64,000 nt of DNA from an uncultured virus (IMG/VR IMGVR_UViG_3300046742_000152). Its lineage: Duplodnaviria; Heunggongvirae; Uroviricota; Caudoviricetes. Shown here piece after piece: positions 21,580-30,114 of this stretch. Numbering within the stretch: position 1 is the stretch's first letter; the number at the start of each line of letters is the position of its first letter. Both the position numbers and the translations under genes were made by a program. The notes under the pieces were generated by a model. It was not told the origin of the DNA, did not search any database, and worked only from the letters and a program-made list of their open reading frames with translations. The DNA is taken from positions 1 to 64,000 of IMG/VR virus record IMGVR_UViG_3300046742_000152, one strand, 5' to 3'.

Positions 21580-22512
21580 TTAAAAAGTTTTGCAAAGGTC
21601 AATGCCTTGACCTGTTATTTTTCTCTTTCCATCTATCTCAATTAAATTTTTATTTAATAAATAAAGTTCATGATCTCTCTGTAGGGCAGTTTTACTCATA
21701 CCAATCTTAGCCGCAAGTCCTGTGAGAGTTGCTGAACCACAATTATTTAGAGCTTGAAGAATTTGTTTTTCAGTATGAGTAATGCCAAAGGGAAGAATTC
21801 CAACTTTGTCGCACAAATCATCAAAATCTTCATTACTGAAGTAGGAACTTTCTTTTGCACCGCAATATAATTGTATTTCTTTAGAGCGTTTTACTGCACT
21901 ACGAGCATTACCTCTAATGGTCGAAGCAACCCTATCCTCAACACCATCCACGAACTGAATTTCGGGAATACAAAGCTGAACGATGGCAGATAAATCGTCT
22001 TGTGAATAAGGCTCAAAATCTACAGCAGTCATTCTATCTTTTAATGGGGGGAAAATTTTGTCAGTTTCAGTTGTTGCAAAAATAAAAGTTTGTTGCTTAA
22101 AATTAAATTCAAATGTCATTTCATTCCACTCGAAAGTTTTTCTACTATTAGTTTCGGCGTTAAAAATTGTTAAAAAAGCCATTGTAAGATCATGAGGCAA
22201 GGCATGACACTCATCAAATAAAATTGTAATTTCATTATCAGCAATAAGAGGTAGAAAAATTTGCTCAAAAAATTGTTCATTATTTTTAATGGTAGAGCAA
22301 TTTAATTCAAGAAACGATCTTCTGTCGCCATCTCTATTATAAAGATTCTTGGCGAAAGATTTGGCGAATTCAGTTTTACCCAAACCTTTAGCACCCGACA
22401 TTAATAGAAATGGGCATTGAGAGGTTTTGTGAAAAGCATCAAGATAGAAAGATAGCTTTTTCTTAACTGCATTCTGACCTACAAGATGAGAAAAGTAATT
22501 ATTCATTATCAA
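21580..22512 (-). CDS. ruvB: RuvB-like Holliday junction branch-migration AAA+ ATPase
   Basis: VGQ, G.KGLGKT, ILFDECH, FATT, PLKDR, RGNAR, C-terminal winged helix. Confidence 0.85.
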   Translation of the reverse strand: MIMNNYFSHLVGQNAVKKKLSFYLDAFHKTSQCPFLLMSGAKGLGKTEFAKSFAKNLYNRDGDRRSFLELNCSTIKNNEQFFEQIFLPLIADNEITILFDECHALPHDLTMAFLTIFNAETNSRKTFEWNEMTFEFNFKQQTFIFATTETDKIFPPLKDRMTAVDFEPYSQDDLSAIVQLCIPEIQFVDGVEDRVASTIRGNARSAVKRSKEIQLYCGAKESSYFSNEDFDDLCDKVGILPFGITHTEKQILQALNNCGSATLTGLAAKIGMSKTALQRDHELYLLNKNLIEIDGKRKITGQGIDLCKTF

Positions 22513-22732
22513 ATTTGGTTAAAGTATATTCAATTTTAGAGTCAATGTCTTTAGTATCCACTTCTTTTGGCGAATTGTCAACAGAAATATCATCTTCCGT
22601 TTCATTTCCCATTAAAACCTGCAACCACTTTTTAGAAACAGGGATTTTGGTTTTGCATCCAACCCAATCGCTTAGGTCTTCATAACTAATTTCTGTATAA
22701 GGGCTATGTCCTTTTGGTCTTCCTCTTTTCAT
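22499..22732 (-). CDS. hypothetical protein (GRPKG motif)
   Basis: 77-aa ORF. Confidence 0.7.
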   Translation of the reverse strand: MKRGRPKGHSPYTEISYEDLSDWVGCKTKIPVSKKWLQVLMGNETEDDISVDNSPKEVDTKDIDSKIEYTLTKFDNE

Positions 22733-22766
22733 AATAAATTAATATTATAATAAGAAATTAAGAATG

Positions 22767-23369
22767 TCAATAGTGTTTTGTATTTTCTCTGATTTGAGAA
22801 GCTTCTCTTTGTTGAGTGAATTGAAATAAGGACTCCAAGTCTTTATATGATATAAATTTTCTACGAACTTTTGATTGCCAACCCGATTTTTGTCTTAAAT
22901 TATTTTTTGTAAGCAAAGTATAGTGAGCTTCTTTATGTAAGCCACATCCGAAAGTTAGACAAAGCGTTAAGATTTTTTTTGTAATTCTAATTGGATTATT
23001 AATATTGCAGTCACGAAGTATCAAGGTGCGATCATCTATAGCGTCTTCTGCATAGGATCGTTGCTTTAGCCACTTTTTTTTATTCCATATTTTTTTTCCA
23101 TTATTTGGATTAATCGGTTTCGATGGTAAATTTTCAACAGGCTCATAACTTGGCATTTTGGCATGATAAAGAGTATGGCAACTTCCGCAAAGCGTAATTA
23201 AGTCACTCAATTTTTCATTACCAATGTTTTCATAAGTGCGATGGTGAACATGAAGTTCTGAGCTTGTACCACAAATAACGCAACGACATCCGTCTCTTTT
23301 TTTAACACGCTCTCTTTTAGTCTTCCATTCGGAAGATTTTAAATATTTTTTGTATTCGATTTTATTGAT
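22767..23369 (-). CDS. HNH endonuclease; N-terminus lacks an ATG/GTG/TTG start (ATC at 23369)
   Basis: Frame extends upstream: YLKSSEWKTKRERVKKRDGCRCVICG..LHVHHRTY..DLITLCGSCH. Confidence 0.75.
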   Translation of the reverse strand: MNKIEYKKYLKSSEWKTKRERVKKRDGCRCVICGTSSELHVHHRTYENIGNEKLSDLITLCGSCHTLYHAKMPSYEPVENLPSKPINPNNGKKIWNKKKWLKQRSYAEDAIDDRTLILRDCNINNPIRITKKILTLCLTFGCGLHKEAHYTLLTKNNLRQKSGWQSKVRRKFISYKDLESLFQFTQQREASQIRENTKHY

Positions 23370-23403
23370 AGTGATGCTAGTATATTATACTCATAAAGCA
23401 TTG

Positions 23404-23808
23404 TCAAGAGTAATTTATTTTATCCCATCTATTATCATAATTTAATCTAAAACTACCTGCGTATTTTTCTCCCCAAGAACACTCATTTGGGGCAAATAAA
23501 CTCATGAAATATTTTTGATTATCTTTTTTGTACAAATGATATATATTTCCAATGACAGGTTTCATTCTCATCTCTGCATTAAAAATGATTTCATTCCATT
23601 GCACATTTTCAGCAAGCTCCTCAAATTCTTTTTTTAATTTATTAAATAATTCTTCGTAATGCTTATTTGCTGAATGTACTGCACCAATTTTCCAACCACC
23701 AAGACTATGATCGGGTTTGATGACAGGGGCAGATAAATTACTTGCATATGGCAAGGCATAAGCATTTGGAACATAATTGTCTGGTAATTCTTTTTTACTC
23801 ATTACCAA
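23404..23808 (-). CDS. DUF2452-like protein
   Basis: LPYASNLSAP.I, KPVIGNIYHLY, SLFAPNE, GSFRL..D.RW. Confidence 0.7.
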   Translation of the reverse strand: MVMSKKELPDNYVPNAYALPYASNLSAPVIKPDHSLGGWKIGAVHSANKHYEELFNKLKKEFEELAENVQWNEIIFNAEMRMKPVIGNIYHLYKKDNQKYFMSLFAPNECSWGEKYAGSFRLNYDNRWDKINYS

Positions 23809-23993
23809 TTTTTAATTATATTTGCTATTATAAATAAACAAGTCACCATATTTAGAACGACAATAATTGTTCTTAGGATTAAACTAAATCTAGCTTCCCG
23901 CAAAGAAAGAATTGGTATATCAGGTTGATCTTTGTCCGTTTTGCCGACTCGATGATCTAAAGTTCTAGCCCAAATTAACCAAAATTTTTTCAT
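23802..23993 (-). CDS. small membrane protein
   Basis: W.IWA..L, TCLFIIANII..W phage membrane-protein pattern. Confidence 0.7.
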   Translation of the reverse strand: MKKFWLIWARTLDHRVGKTDKDQPDIPILSLREARFSLILRTIIVVLNMVTCLFIIANIIKNW

Positions 23994-24026
23994 TATTATG
24001 CGTGTTACACATAAAAAATATCTAAA

Positions 24027-24380
24027 TCAATCGTATACCCTGTAAGAGTCAGAATTTTTATGAAATGTACTTGCTTCAATTAATCTAACTGATCCATGAT
24101 GAGCGTGAAGTTGATGAGGTTTACCTTGTTCTATTTCGTATTTATCACCTTTATTTAAAATAATATAACTCGTATCCCCCGTTTTTGTATCAATTAATTC
24201 AAGATAAAGTTGCCCCTCTAGTATATAAAATACTTCATGTTTTTTTAGATGAAAGTGCATAGATGTATGGCAATCTTCTTTAATGAATAATTCTTTACCA
24301 CAATAATTTTCTTCTTTATTATTTGCGAACCATATTTCATGCCCCCATCTTTTTTCTACAAATTTAGTTTCAGTATTCAT
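24027..24380 (-). CDS. cupin-fold protein (mannose-6-phosphate isomerase-like)
   Basis: KRWGHE, SMHFH..KHEVFYILEG, PHQL, EAST..DSYR. Confidence 0.85.
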   Translation of the reverse strand: MNTETKFVEKRWGHEIWFANNKEENYCGKELFIKEDCHTSMHFHLKKHEVFYILEGQLYLELIDTKTGDTSYIILNKGDKYEIEQGKPHQLHAHHGSVRLIEASTFHKNSDSYRVYD

Positions 24381-24952
24381 GATATTTTTTCAAAAACCGC
24401 CCATCCATGTCTCTCAGGAGAATCAATTATTGTTTTGTAATTAACATCCTCAGAAAGTTCAGCAAAATTTAATCTATTCTTTCGAGAACGAGTATCGTCG
24501 AGTAAGACAGTTTTTGCCCTATCTTTTAATTTTAAAAATTCAGGTCTAGTTGAAAACTCTCCCCCATCTAAAATTAGAAAATCAATCTGATTAGGCAATA
24601 AACCTAAAACATTAGGGCACTGATTCATGGCTTCAGTATCTATGCGAAGCCATTCTTGTTCTTTACCGCTAAGATTATCTCGGTCAAGATCTTCTTCCTC
24701 AATAATTTTACCAAATAAATAATGAATATTTTTAAAATTTGGTTTGCCTTCAATAGCAATTTTGTATTTCTCTAAACAGCATTCAATAGTAAAAAAAGAT
24801 TTATTAGTATTTTGAATTCCCTGCAACACGCATTGAGTAGACCCACCTCCTTCCCAAGTTCCTATTTCTACGATTGTAGAAACATCATTTCTCGAACAAG
24901 TTTCAGTAATAAATTTACCTGCATTTGAATCTAATTGAATTTGACCTCTCAT
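24377..24952 (-). CDS. SAM-dependent methyltransferase-like protein
   Basis: IVEIGTWEGGGST, IDFLILDGGEF, LLDD. Confidence 0.75.
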   Translation of the reverse strand: MRGQIQLDSNAGKFITETCSRNDVSTIVEIGTWEGGGSTQCVLQGIQNTNKSFFTIECCLEKYKIAIEGKPNFKNIHYLFGKIIEEEDLDRDNLSGKEQEWLRIDTEAMNQCPNVLGLLPNQIDFLILDGGEFSTRPEFLKLKDRAKTVLLDDTRSRKNRLNFAELSEDVNYKTIIDSPERHGWAVFEKIS

Positions 24953-24994
24953 AATTTTATATATAAATAAGTTGATATTTTTGTATTATTTGGT

Positions 24995-25420
24995 TCACAT
25001 ATTGACGCTCCACTCTTCAGAATGACTTGTCCAATCCTTATATTTTTCGTCACCTCCGCGAATATACCAGTCAGAGTCAATAGTTAATTTTGAAGAAATT
25101 CCTCCACGAGGATTAAAAATCATCGTCAAGCGTAATCTGTCGGGATCATACGCTGAGTTTAAATGATCAAAAAATATATTAATTAATCTTTCGTATGAAA
25201 CCACAATATCCCTTAAACTGAAAACGTACTGCTTCAAGCTTTTTAACTCAATAATCTTATCTTTGGGATAAAAACTAATATAAGCATTTGCAAAATCGGG
25301 TTGATTTTTAACTCCAAGAAAAGTAAATTCGGGGATTTTTACTTTTATTTCATAAGCGTTAACACTTGGATTAGGTAAAGATTTTAAAAGATCTTGATTA
25401 ATTTCATCATATTTTTTCAT
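24995..25420 (-). CDS. QueF-like T-fold protein lacking the catalytic Cys
   Basis: PEFT, QPDFA, ELKSLKQY, PRGGIS; no cysteine anywhere in the protein. Confidence 0.85.
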   Translation of the reverse strand: MKKYDEINQDLLKSLPNPSVNAYEIKVKIPEFTFLGVKNQPDFANAYISFYPKDKIIELKSLKQYVFSLRDIVVSYERLINIFFDHLNSAYDPDRLRLTMIFNPRGGISSKLTIDSDWYIRGGDEKYKDWTSHSEEWSVNM

Positions 25421-25478
25421 ATTTAAGAAATGATTTTACCATTATTATAACAATTTAAGTTAAATGTTCTAAAAAATT

Positions 25479-25931
25479 TCACATCCTACTCTTTACAATT
25501 TTATTATAATAATTATTATCCCAAAAACTATAATAATTTGTTTTATGCAACTTATTTGAATATTTATTTAACTCACTTAATTTTTGTATCATTAATATAG
25601 CATATTCTTTATTATTTGTTTTAATTCCATTTATTTTATTTATTTGATCGGGGTGATCCCATATTAACCACAGATCATTTATTTTTGCAAACTGCTGGTG
25701 ATCATTGCAAAATTCTTCTAGCCATTTTTTATCAAATTGTTTTGAGTCACCATAAATTAAATACAACATTGGATGATTTTTATTTTGTATGCAATCAAAT
25801 GCATCTGCCATAAAATTAGTAGATTCAATTATTTCGACTTTATTTAAAAAACTTTTAGCAAAAGGGCAGATGGCATGACCCCCTAATTCTTTTCTCTGTA
25901 AAGAGATGTAATCAATATAATCTTCTATCAC
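25479..25931 (-). CDS. DUF1415-like protein
   Basis: ICPFAK and DHPD motifs. Confidence 0.6.
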   Translation of the reverse strand: MIEDYIDYISLQRKELGGHAICPFAKSFLNKVEIIESTNFMADAFDCIQNKNHPMLYLIYGDSKQFDKKWLEEFCNDHQQFAKINDLWLIWDHPDQINKINGIKTNNKEYAILMIQKLSELNKYSNKLHKTNYYSFWDNNYYNKIVKSRM

Positions 25932-25940
25932 AATTTTAAA

Positions 25941-26810
25941 TTATGTATGATCGTTAAGGTCGTCATGAATAATTTTAACCCAATTTGAAAAGTAAGCTAA
26001 ATCATTAGGTCGGTCTTTAACTTCATTATACAAATCTTCAATAAGATTTTTATTTTTAAGATCTTCTATTTTATCAAGAATTATAATTGGTAGTTTGGAG
26101 TATAATTTTTTATATATAGAGTATTCTTTGTAATTGGGGGAAATTGAACCTTGAGCTGCTTTTTGATTAGTGAAAATTGTTAAGGGGATTCTATTTAGAT
26201 ACAAAATTTCCCACAATCTATGAGTATCTAAACCATTACCCGCAGGACACAAAGTAATTTTATGATTTAAAATTTCTTGATGAAAATCAGGAACAGGTTT
26301 CCTTGCACCAGAAGTTATAAAGTCAATATCTTGCACAAAATCAAAGACAGCTTGTCTGTGAGGGGGATTTGTGCGAATGCTAAAATTAGAATATATGAAT
26401 TTTTCTGCTCGACTAACACTTTTTTCTTCGTCTGTGTACGAGATTAATAAATCTTGCAAATCTTTTGATCGATCATAATATACTCCATGATCAAATCCTC
26501 TGCGACATATTACGCTACTTTCCAACCCCATTGGAACAGGAACAAAGCGATCATCATTGCATAATACATTTTGACCATAAAGCCTCAATAAATTTGGAGG
26601 AGCTTTTGTTACATGATCTTCTGTAATTGGGAAATCAGAATTACCCGTTAACAAAATTATCTTTTTATTTAAATTTTTAAGATTTTCAAATTCTTGAAAA
26701 AGAAAATCTGTTTTGCAAAAAATTATGGTGACCGTAGGGGAATCTTTAATAATGTAAGAAAATTTATTAGTCTCAATATAGTTTCCAGCTCGTTGAACAT
26801 ACTCTTTCAT
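25941..26810 (-). CDS. exostosin/GT47-like glycosyltransferase
   Basis: NSDFPI, PVPMG, CPAGNGLDTHRLWEILYL..IP. Confidence 0.75.
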   Translation of the reverse strand: MKEYVQRAGNYIETNKFSYIIKDSPTVTIIFCKTDFLFQEFENLKNLNKKIILLTGNSDFPITEDHVTKAPPNLLRLYGQNVLCNDDRFVPVPMGLESSVICRRGFDHGVYYDRSKDLQDLLISYTDEEKSVSRAEKFIYSNFSIRTNPPHRQAVFDFVQDIDFITSGARKPVPDFHQEILNHKITLCPAGNGLDTHRLWEILYLNRIPLTIFTNQKAAQGSISPNYKEYSIYKKLYSKLPIIILDKIEDLKNKNLIEDLYNEVKDRPNDLAYFSNWVKIIHDDLNDHT

Positions 26811-26842
26811 TAATAATATTATAATATTATTTATATTTAATT

Positions 26843-27622
26843 CTATTTTTTGAAAAAGTTTTGATCATCATGTTTTTTAATTTTATCTAATTCTTTGGTA
26901 TTTATAATTCTAGAATCTCTTTCGCATAAAAATTTATAATGGTCAATGTCATCAGACCATTCTTCCCCCGTCCAAAATTCAAATCCTTTATAGCTTGACT
27001 TATAAATGCAGCAATTTTCGTAACCCATACCAGTGTACATATAGTCTTTATTATTTTTAATGCAATAATCTATTTCGGCAAGATTTGCATATTTGCCCAA
27101 ATATAATTTCGGATTTGAATAATCCCAAGCAAATTGAGTTGAAAACACACTATTACTCCCAACATCTCTCATGTAAGTAAAGGCTACGGGATTATGCCAG
27201 CCGCCACTTTCGGATGGAGCATGGTAAACTAAGAAAAATTTTCGATCTTTTTCTAGCTCAACTAAGGGTTCTAGCTTCCAAGGCTTAAACTGCTTGTATT
27301 CAAAATATTTTAAAAAGATATTATTTAATATATTAAGGTCAATTTCTTCGCATTCATATTTCTTTATTTGAATTTGACTGCATTTTTTTCTAGTTTTTTT
27401 TGTGCTTTTTGTTTCCTGAAATTTTTTAAGATTGATTCTTGTTTGTCGAGCTTGATACCAATGACTCCTATCTTCATTTTTTGGTAGAAAGTAGTCGTCT
27501 GGAAGCCAGCCCTGTTGCAATGCTGAATCTTCTTCGCTGAATGAAACTTTAGCCATGCAATCAAAGAACATATAATCATATTCGGCAATAGCGCCTGAAT
27601 AATGTTTAAAGTAAATTTTCAT
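26843..27622 (-). CDS. ATE/Bpt-like aminoacyl-tRNA--protein transferase
   Basis: GW..WYQARQTRINL..F; LGKYANLAEIDYC..YMYTG.GY...CIYKSSYKGFE. Confidence 0.7.
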   Translation of the reverse strand: MKIYFKHYSGAIAEYDYMFFDCMAKVSFSEEDSALQQGWLPDDYFLPKNEDRSHWYQARQTRINLKKFQETKSTKKTRKKCSQIQIKKYECEEIDLNILNNIFLKYFEYKQFKPWKLEPLVELEKDRKFFLVYHAPSESGGWHNPVAFTYMRDVGSNSVFSTQFAWDYSNPKLYLGKYANLAEIDYCIKNNKDYMYTGMGYENCCIYKSSYKGFEFWTGEEWSDDIDHYKFLCERDSRIINTKELDKIKKHDDQNFFKK

Positions 27623-27640
27623 ATTAATTAAACAAAGTAA

Positions 27641-27946
27641 TCACGAGTTAAATTGACGAAGAATAGCATAAGTAGTCTGTTTGAACATTTTGATGTATTG
27701 ATCGTAATCGTCGTAAACACAATTCCTTTTGTAAATTTGGTCAGAAGTCGTCTCATCACCTATTATTGAAATACCAAAATCAATTAATGAAAAAACCCCA
27801 TTAGGATGTATGCACATGCCATTCCATCGAGAGTTTTGTACTTTTTTGACAATTACTTCTAAGCCTTTATCGTCAGTAACAAGAATAGGAGCTCGGAGGT
27901 CGCTATATTCGTCCCAATTTACACTCATGATTCTCCCATAATCCAT
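27641..27946 (-). CDS. hypothetical protein
   Basis: ORF; start may be at MSVNW. Confidence 0.6.
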   Translation of the reverse strand: MDYGRIMSVNWDEYSDLRAPILVTDDKGLEVIVKKVQNSRWNGMCIHPNGVFSLIDFGISIIGDETTSDQIYKRNCVYDDYDQYIKMFKQTTYAILRQFNS

Positions 27947-28305
27947 CCTTTTGTTGAAGGGATAGATCGGTCTAAGAATTTACAACCAAGTGTCATCGGG
28001 GAGAATTTTCTAAACTCTTCTAAAACAATTTGGTAATCAAAAGGTTTGCAACTATATATATCTAACTGAACAAGATTGGGGTCAGTTTCTTCCCAAGAAT
28101 GCAGAGCAATATGACTGGTAGTAATTAAACAAAAAGAACTGATACCTTCATTTCCTTCTTTATCGCACCTAACTGATCGCGGAGCATAAAGGATTTTCAT
28201 ATCTATCAGGTCAACTAAATGACGAATCCAATCGCTTGTGAAAATAGTAGATGTAAAAGGGGTTGATTCAAAAGTTGAATTTACCATTAAATGTTTGTGA
28301 TCCAT
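27925..28305 (-). CDS. speD: S-adenosylmethionine decarboxylase proenzyme
   Basis: HL.V, G.S...LITT/SHIALHSW self-cleavage site, LDIYSCKPF; start at MDHKH. Confidence 0.88.
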   Translation of the reverse strand: MDHKHLMVNSTFESTPFTSTIFTSDWIRHLVDLIDMKILYAPRSVRCDKEGNEGISSFCLITTSHIALHSWEETDPNLVQLDIYSCKPFDYQIVLEEFRKFSPMTLGCKFLDRSIPSTKGWIMGES

Positions 28306-28318
28306 ATTTATGTATACA

Positions 28319-28771
28319 CTAAAACAATTTCCAATATTTAATTTCTTTTTTAAAGTCTGAAATTTTTGCCATACAAATAATATCTTTGCGCCCTCTTCTT
28401 TGATATAACCTGTATAGAGCTTCTTTGGACGAATTAACAAAACGATAATTGGTGATTTTTTTTCTCAACCAATCAAGCAAATCTTTTCTTCGAAAAATTA
28501 AAAAACAATCTTCTTGCTCGAAAGCGATGAAGTCAGCTTTACCTTTTAACCAGCCAACATTACCGCGAACGTTTTGTATCTCAAGCCAAGTTATATCATT
28601 ACTATATTCACCATCGGAACGAGAAATTTTTTTAAGACCTTTTACATCTACTAGAGAATTGTTAACTTTAAAATCCCAATGTTCGTGAATATCTTGATTT
28701 TTTGTAGATTTAGAAATTTTAAAATTTTTTTTTGCGCAGATATTTTTGAACCTAATTTCACTAGCGTTCAT
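28319..28771 (-). CDS. PD-(D/E)XK restriction-like endonuclease
   Basis: DIHEHWDF..VDVKG, WLEIQNVRGNVGWLKGKADFIAFE. Confidence 0.75.
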   Translation of the reverse strand: MNASEIRFKNICAKKNFKISKSTKNQDIHEHWDFKVNNSLVDVKGLKKISRSDGEYSNDITWLEIQNVRGNVGWLKGKADFIAFEQEDCFLIFRRKDLLDWLRKKITNYRFVNSSKEALYRLYQRRGRKDIICMAKISDFKKEIKYWKLF

Positions 28772-28773
28772 AA

Positions 28774-29160
28774 TTAACGTAAATATTCTTTGATATTGTT
28801 TTTATCTATTTCTAGTTGAGATATTAAATCTAGGGTAAGACTTTTGAGGGTGTTGATTGAATCAGGGCTGGCAAGATGATAGTCACCTAACTTTTTGTGG
28901 TCAGCGTGAGATGTATTATTGGGCGTATTATTTAATATATCATCTAAAGACTGCATTTGTTTACGATAAAGGTTGTGAAGTGAATTGATGGTATCTAGTA
29001 AATTATTTTTAAGATCTTTTTTTTCTCTATCATCTAATTGAATCATTTCATCTATATGAGAATCTAAGACAAAATGATAAGTCTGATAAATAGATTCAGA
29101 CTCTTCTATTTTATGGGAATAAAATTCAAAAGACTTCCAAGCCAAATCTAGGGAATTCAT
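28774..29160 (-). CDS. hypothetical protein
   Basis: 128-aa ORF starting 4 nt after the tRNA-Thr CCA. Confidence 0.7.
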   Translation of the reverse strand: MNSLDLAWKSFEFYSHKIEESESIYQTYHFVLDSHIDEMIQLDDREKKDLKNNLLDTINSLHNLYRKQMQSLDDILNNTPNNTSHADHKKLGDYHLASPDSINTLKSLTLDLISQLEIDKNNIKEYLR

Positions 29161-29164
29161 AAAG

Positions 29165-29240
<76 letters not shown>

Positions 29241-29259
29241 GAACTTTATAATTAAAAAA

Positions 29260-29433
29260 TTAAAGAAATTTATGGAGAATAGCAAGCTCTTTAAGACCGC
29301 AATATTTAGCGAAATAAGAACTAAATTCAATGACTTGCTTATTTGTCCAATTATTTTTTTTAATTTCGTTTCCAACTTGAGTATATTTGCCATCAAACCA
29401 AAGGTCTGTAAGTTTTAAGTATTTTTTATTCAT
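29260..29433 (-). CDS. hypothetical protein (57 aa, MNKKYLKLTDLWFDG...)
   Basis: Manually translated; fills the gap; TTGACT promoter upstream. Confidence 0.65.
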   Translation of the reverse strand: MNKKYLKLTDLWFDGKYTQVGNEIKKNNWTNKQVIEFSSYFAKYCGLKELAILHKFL

Positions 29434-29476
29434 ATGATTTAAATCATATACAATATGAATAAAAAGTCAATAAAAA

Positions 29477-29734
29477 TTATTCAGGAGACCAATCTAAAGC
29501 TCTTTCAACTTCAGATTTTGGCAGGGCACCAGTTGTTCGAGCGTAAGCAGAGCCATCTCTTTCAAAAATTAAAGTAGGTACAGACATAACTTGATATTCG
29601 GAAGCTATAGACCGATTTTCATCAATGTCTATAATATCTATATTTCGCCCTTCTTCTTTCAACTCTTCAATGGTTGGTTTAAAAAATTTACAAGGTCCGC
29701 ACCAGGAGGCAGTGAAATATTTTAATTTATTCAC
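29477..29734 (-). CDS. trxA: thioredoxin
   Basis: FTASWCGPCK, VMSVPTLIF. Confidence 0.92.
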   Translation of the reverse strand: MNKLKYFTASWCGPCKFFKPTIEELKEEGRNIDIIDIDENRSIASEYQVMSVPTLIFERDGSAYARTTGALPKSEVERALDWSPE

Positions 29735-29737
29735 GTT

Positions 29738-30067
29738 TTAACTTTGAGCCTTGATTTTTGCGATTTCAGCTTCTACTTCACCATTGATTTCTTTCGCAAC
29801 TTCTTGATGCTTCTTATTTAAATCATTACGAAGATCTAGGACTTGCTTGGATTGTTCTATTGATAAGCCATGTAGAATCATATTTGATGCAATTTGACTA
29901 TACTTAGACATAGCCCCATTTTTAATGCACTGAGTGCATCCAGGCTTGCTAATCTCTATGTTCCAGGCTTCTCTAAGGATTTCAAAATCTGATTTATACT
30001 CAGTATCGTGCAAATCTTCTTCGAGAGTTGTGAAATTTTTTAAAATATTTTGCTGTTCTTCATTCAT
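29738..30067 (-). CDS. hypothetical protein (CxxC)
   Basis: 109-aa ORF with GCTQC. Confidence 0.7.
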   Translation of the reverse strand: MNEEQQNILKNFTTLEEDLHDTEYKSDFEILREAWNIEISKPGCTQCIKNGAMSKYSQIASNMILHGLSIEQSKQVLDLRNDLNKKHQEVAKEINGEVEAEIAKIKAQS

Positions 30068-30114
30068 AATATAGGATGTATTTAATTAAATAATAATTTA
30101 TTATTTAGAAAATT

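Noticed and set aside
1..23780. Dcm/EcoRII (CCWGG) avoidance as the cause of the CCAG gap
   Set aside because: All CCAGN are missing, not just CCAGG, while CCTG occurs freely
24995..25420. Calling this canonical queF (preQ0 reductase)
   Set aside because: The catalytic Cys and the His of the FHE motif are absent
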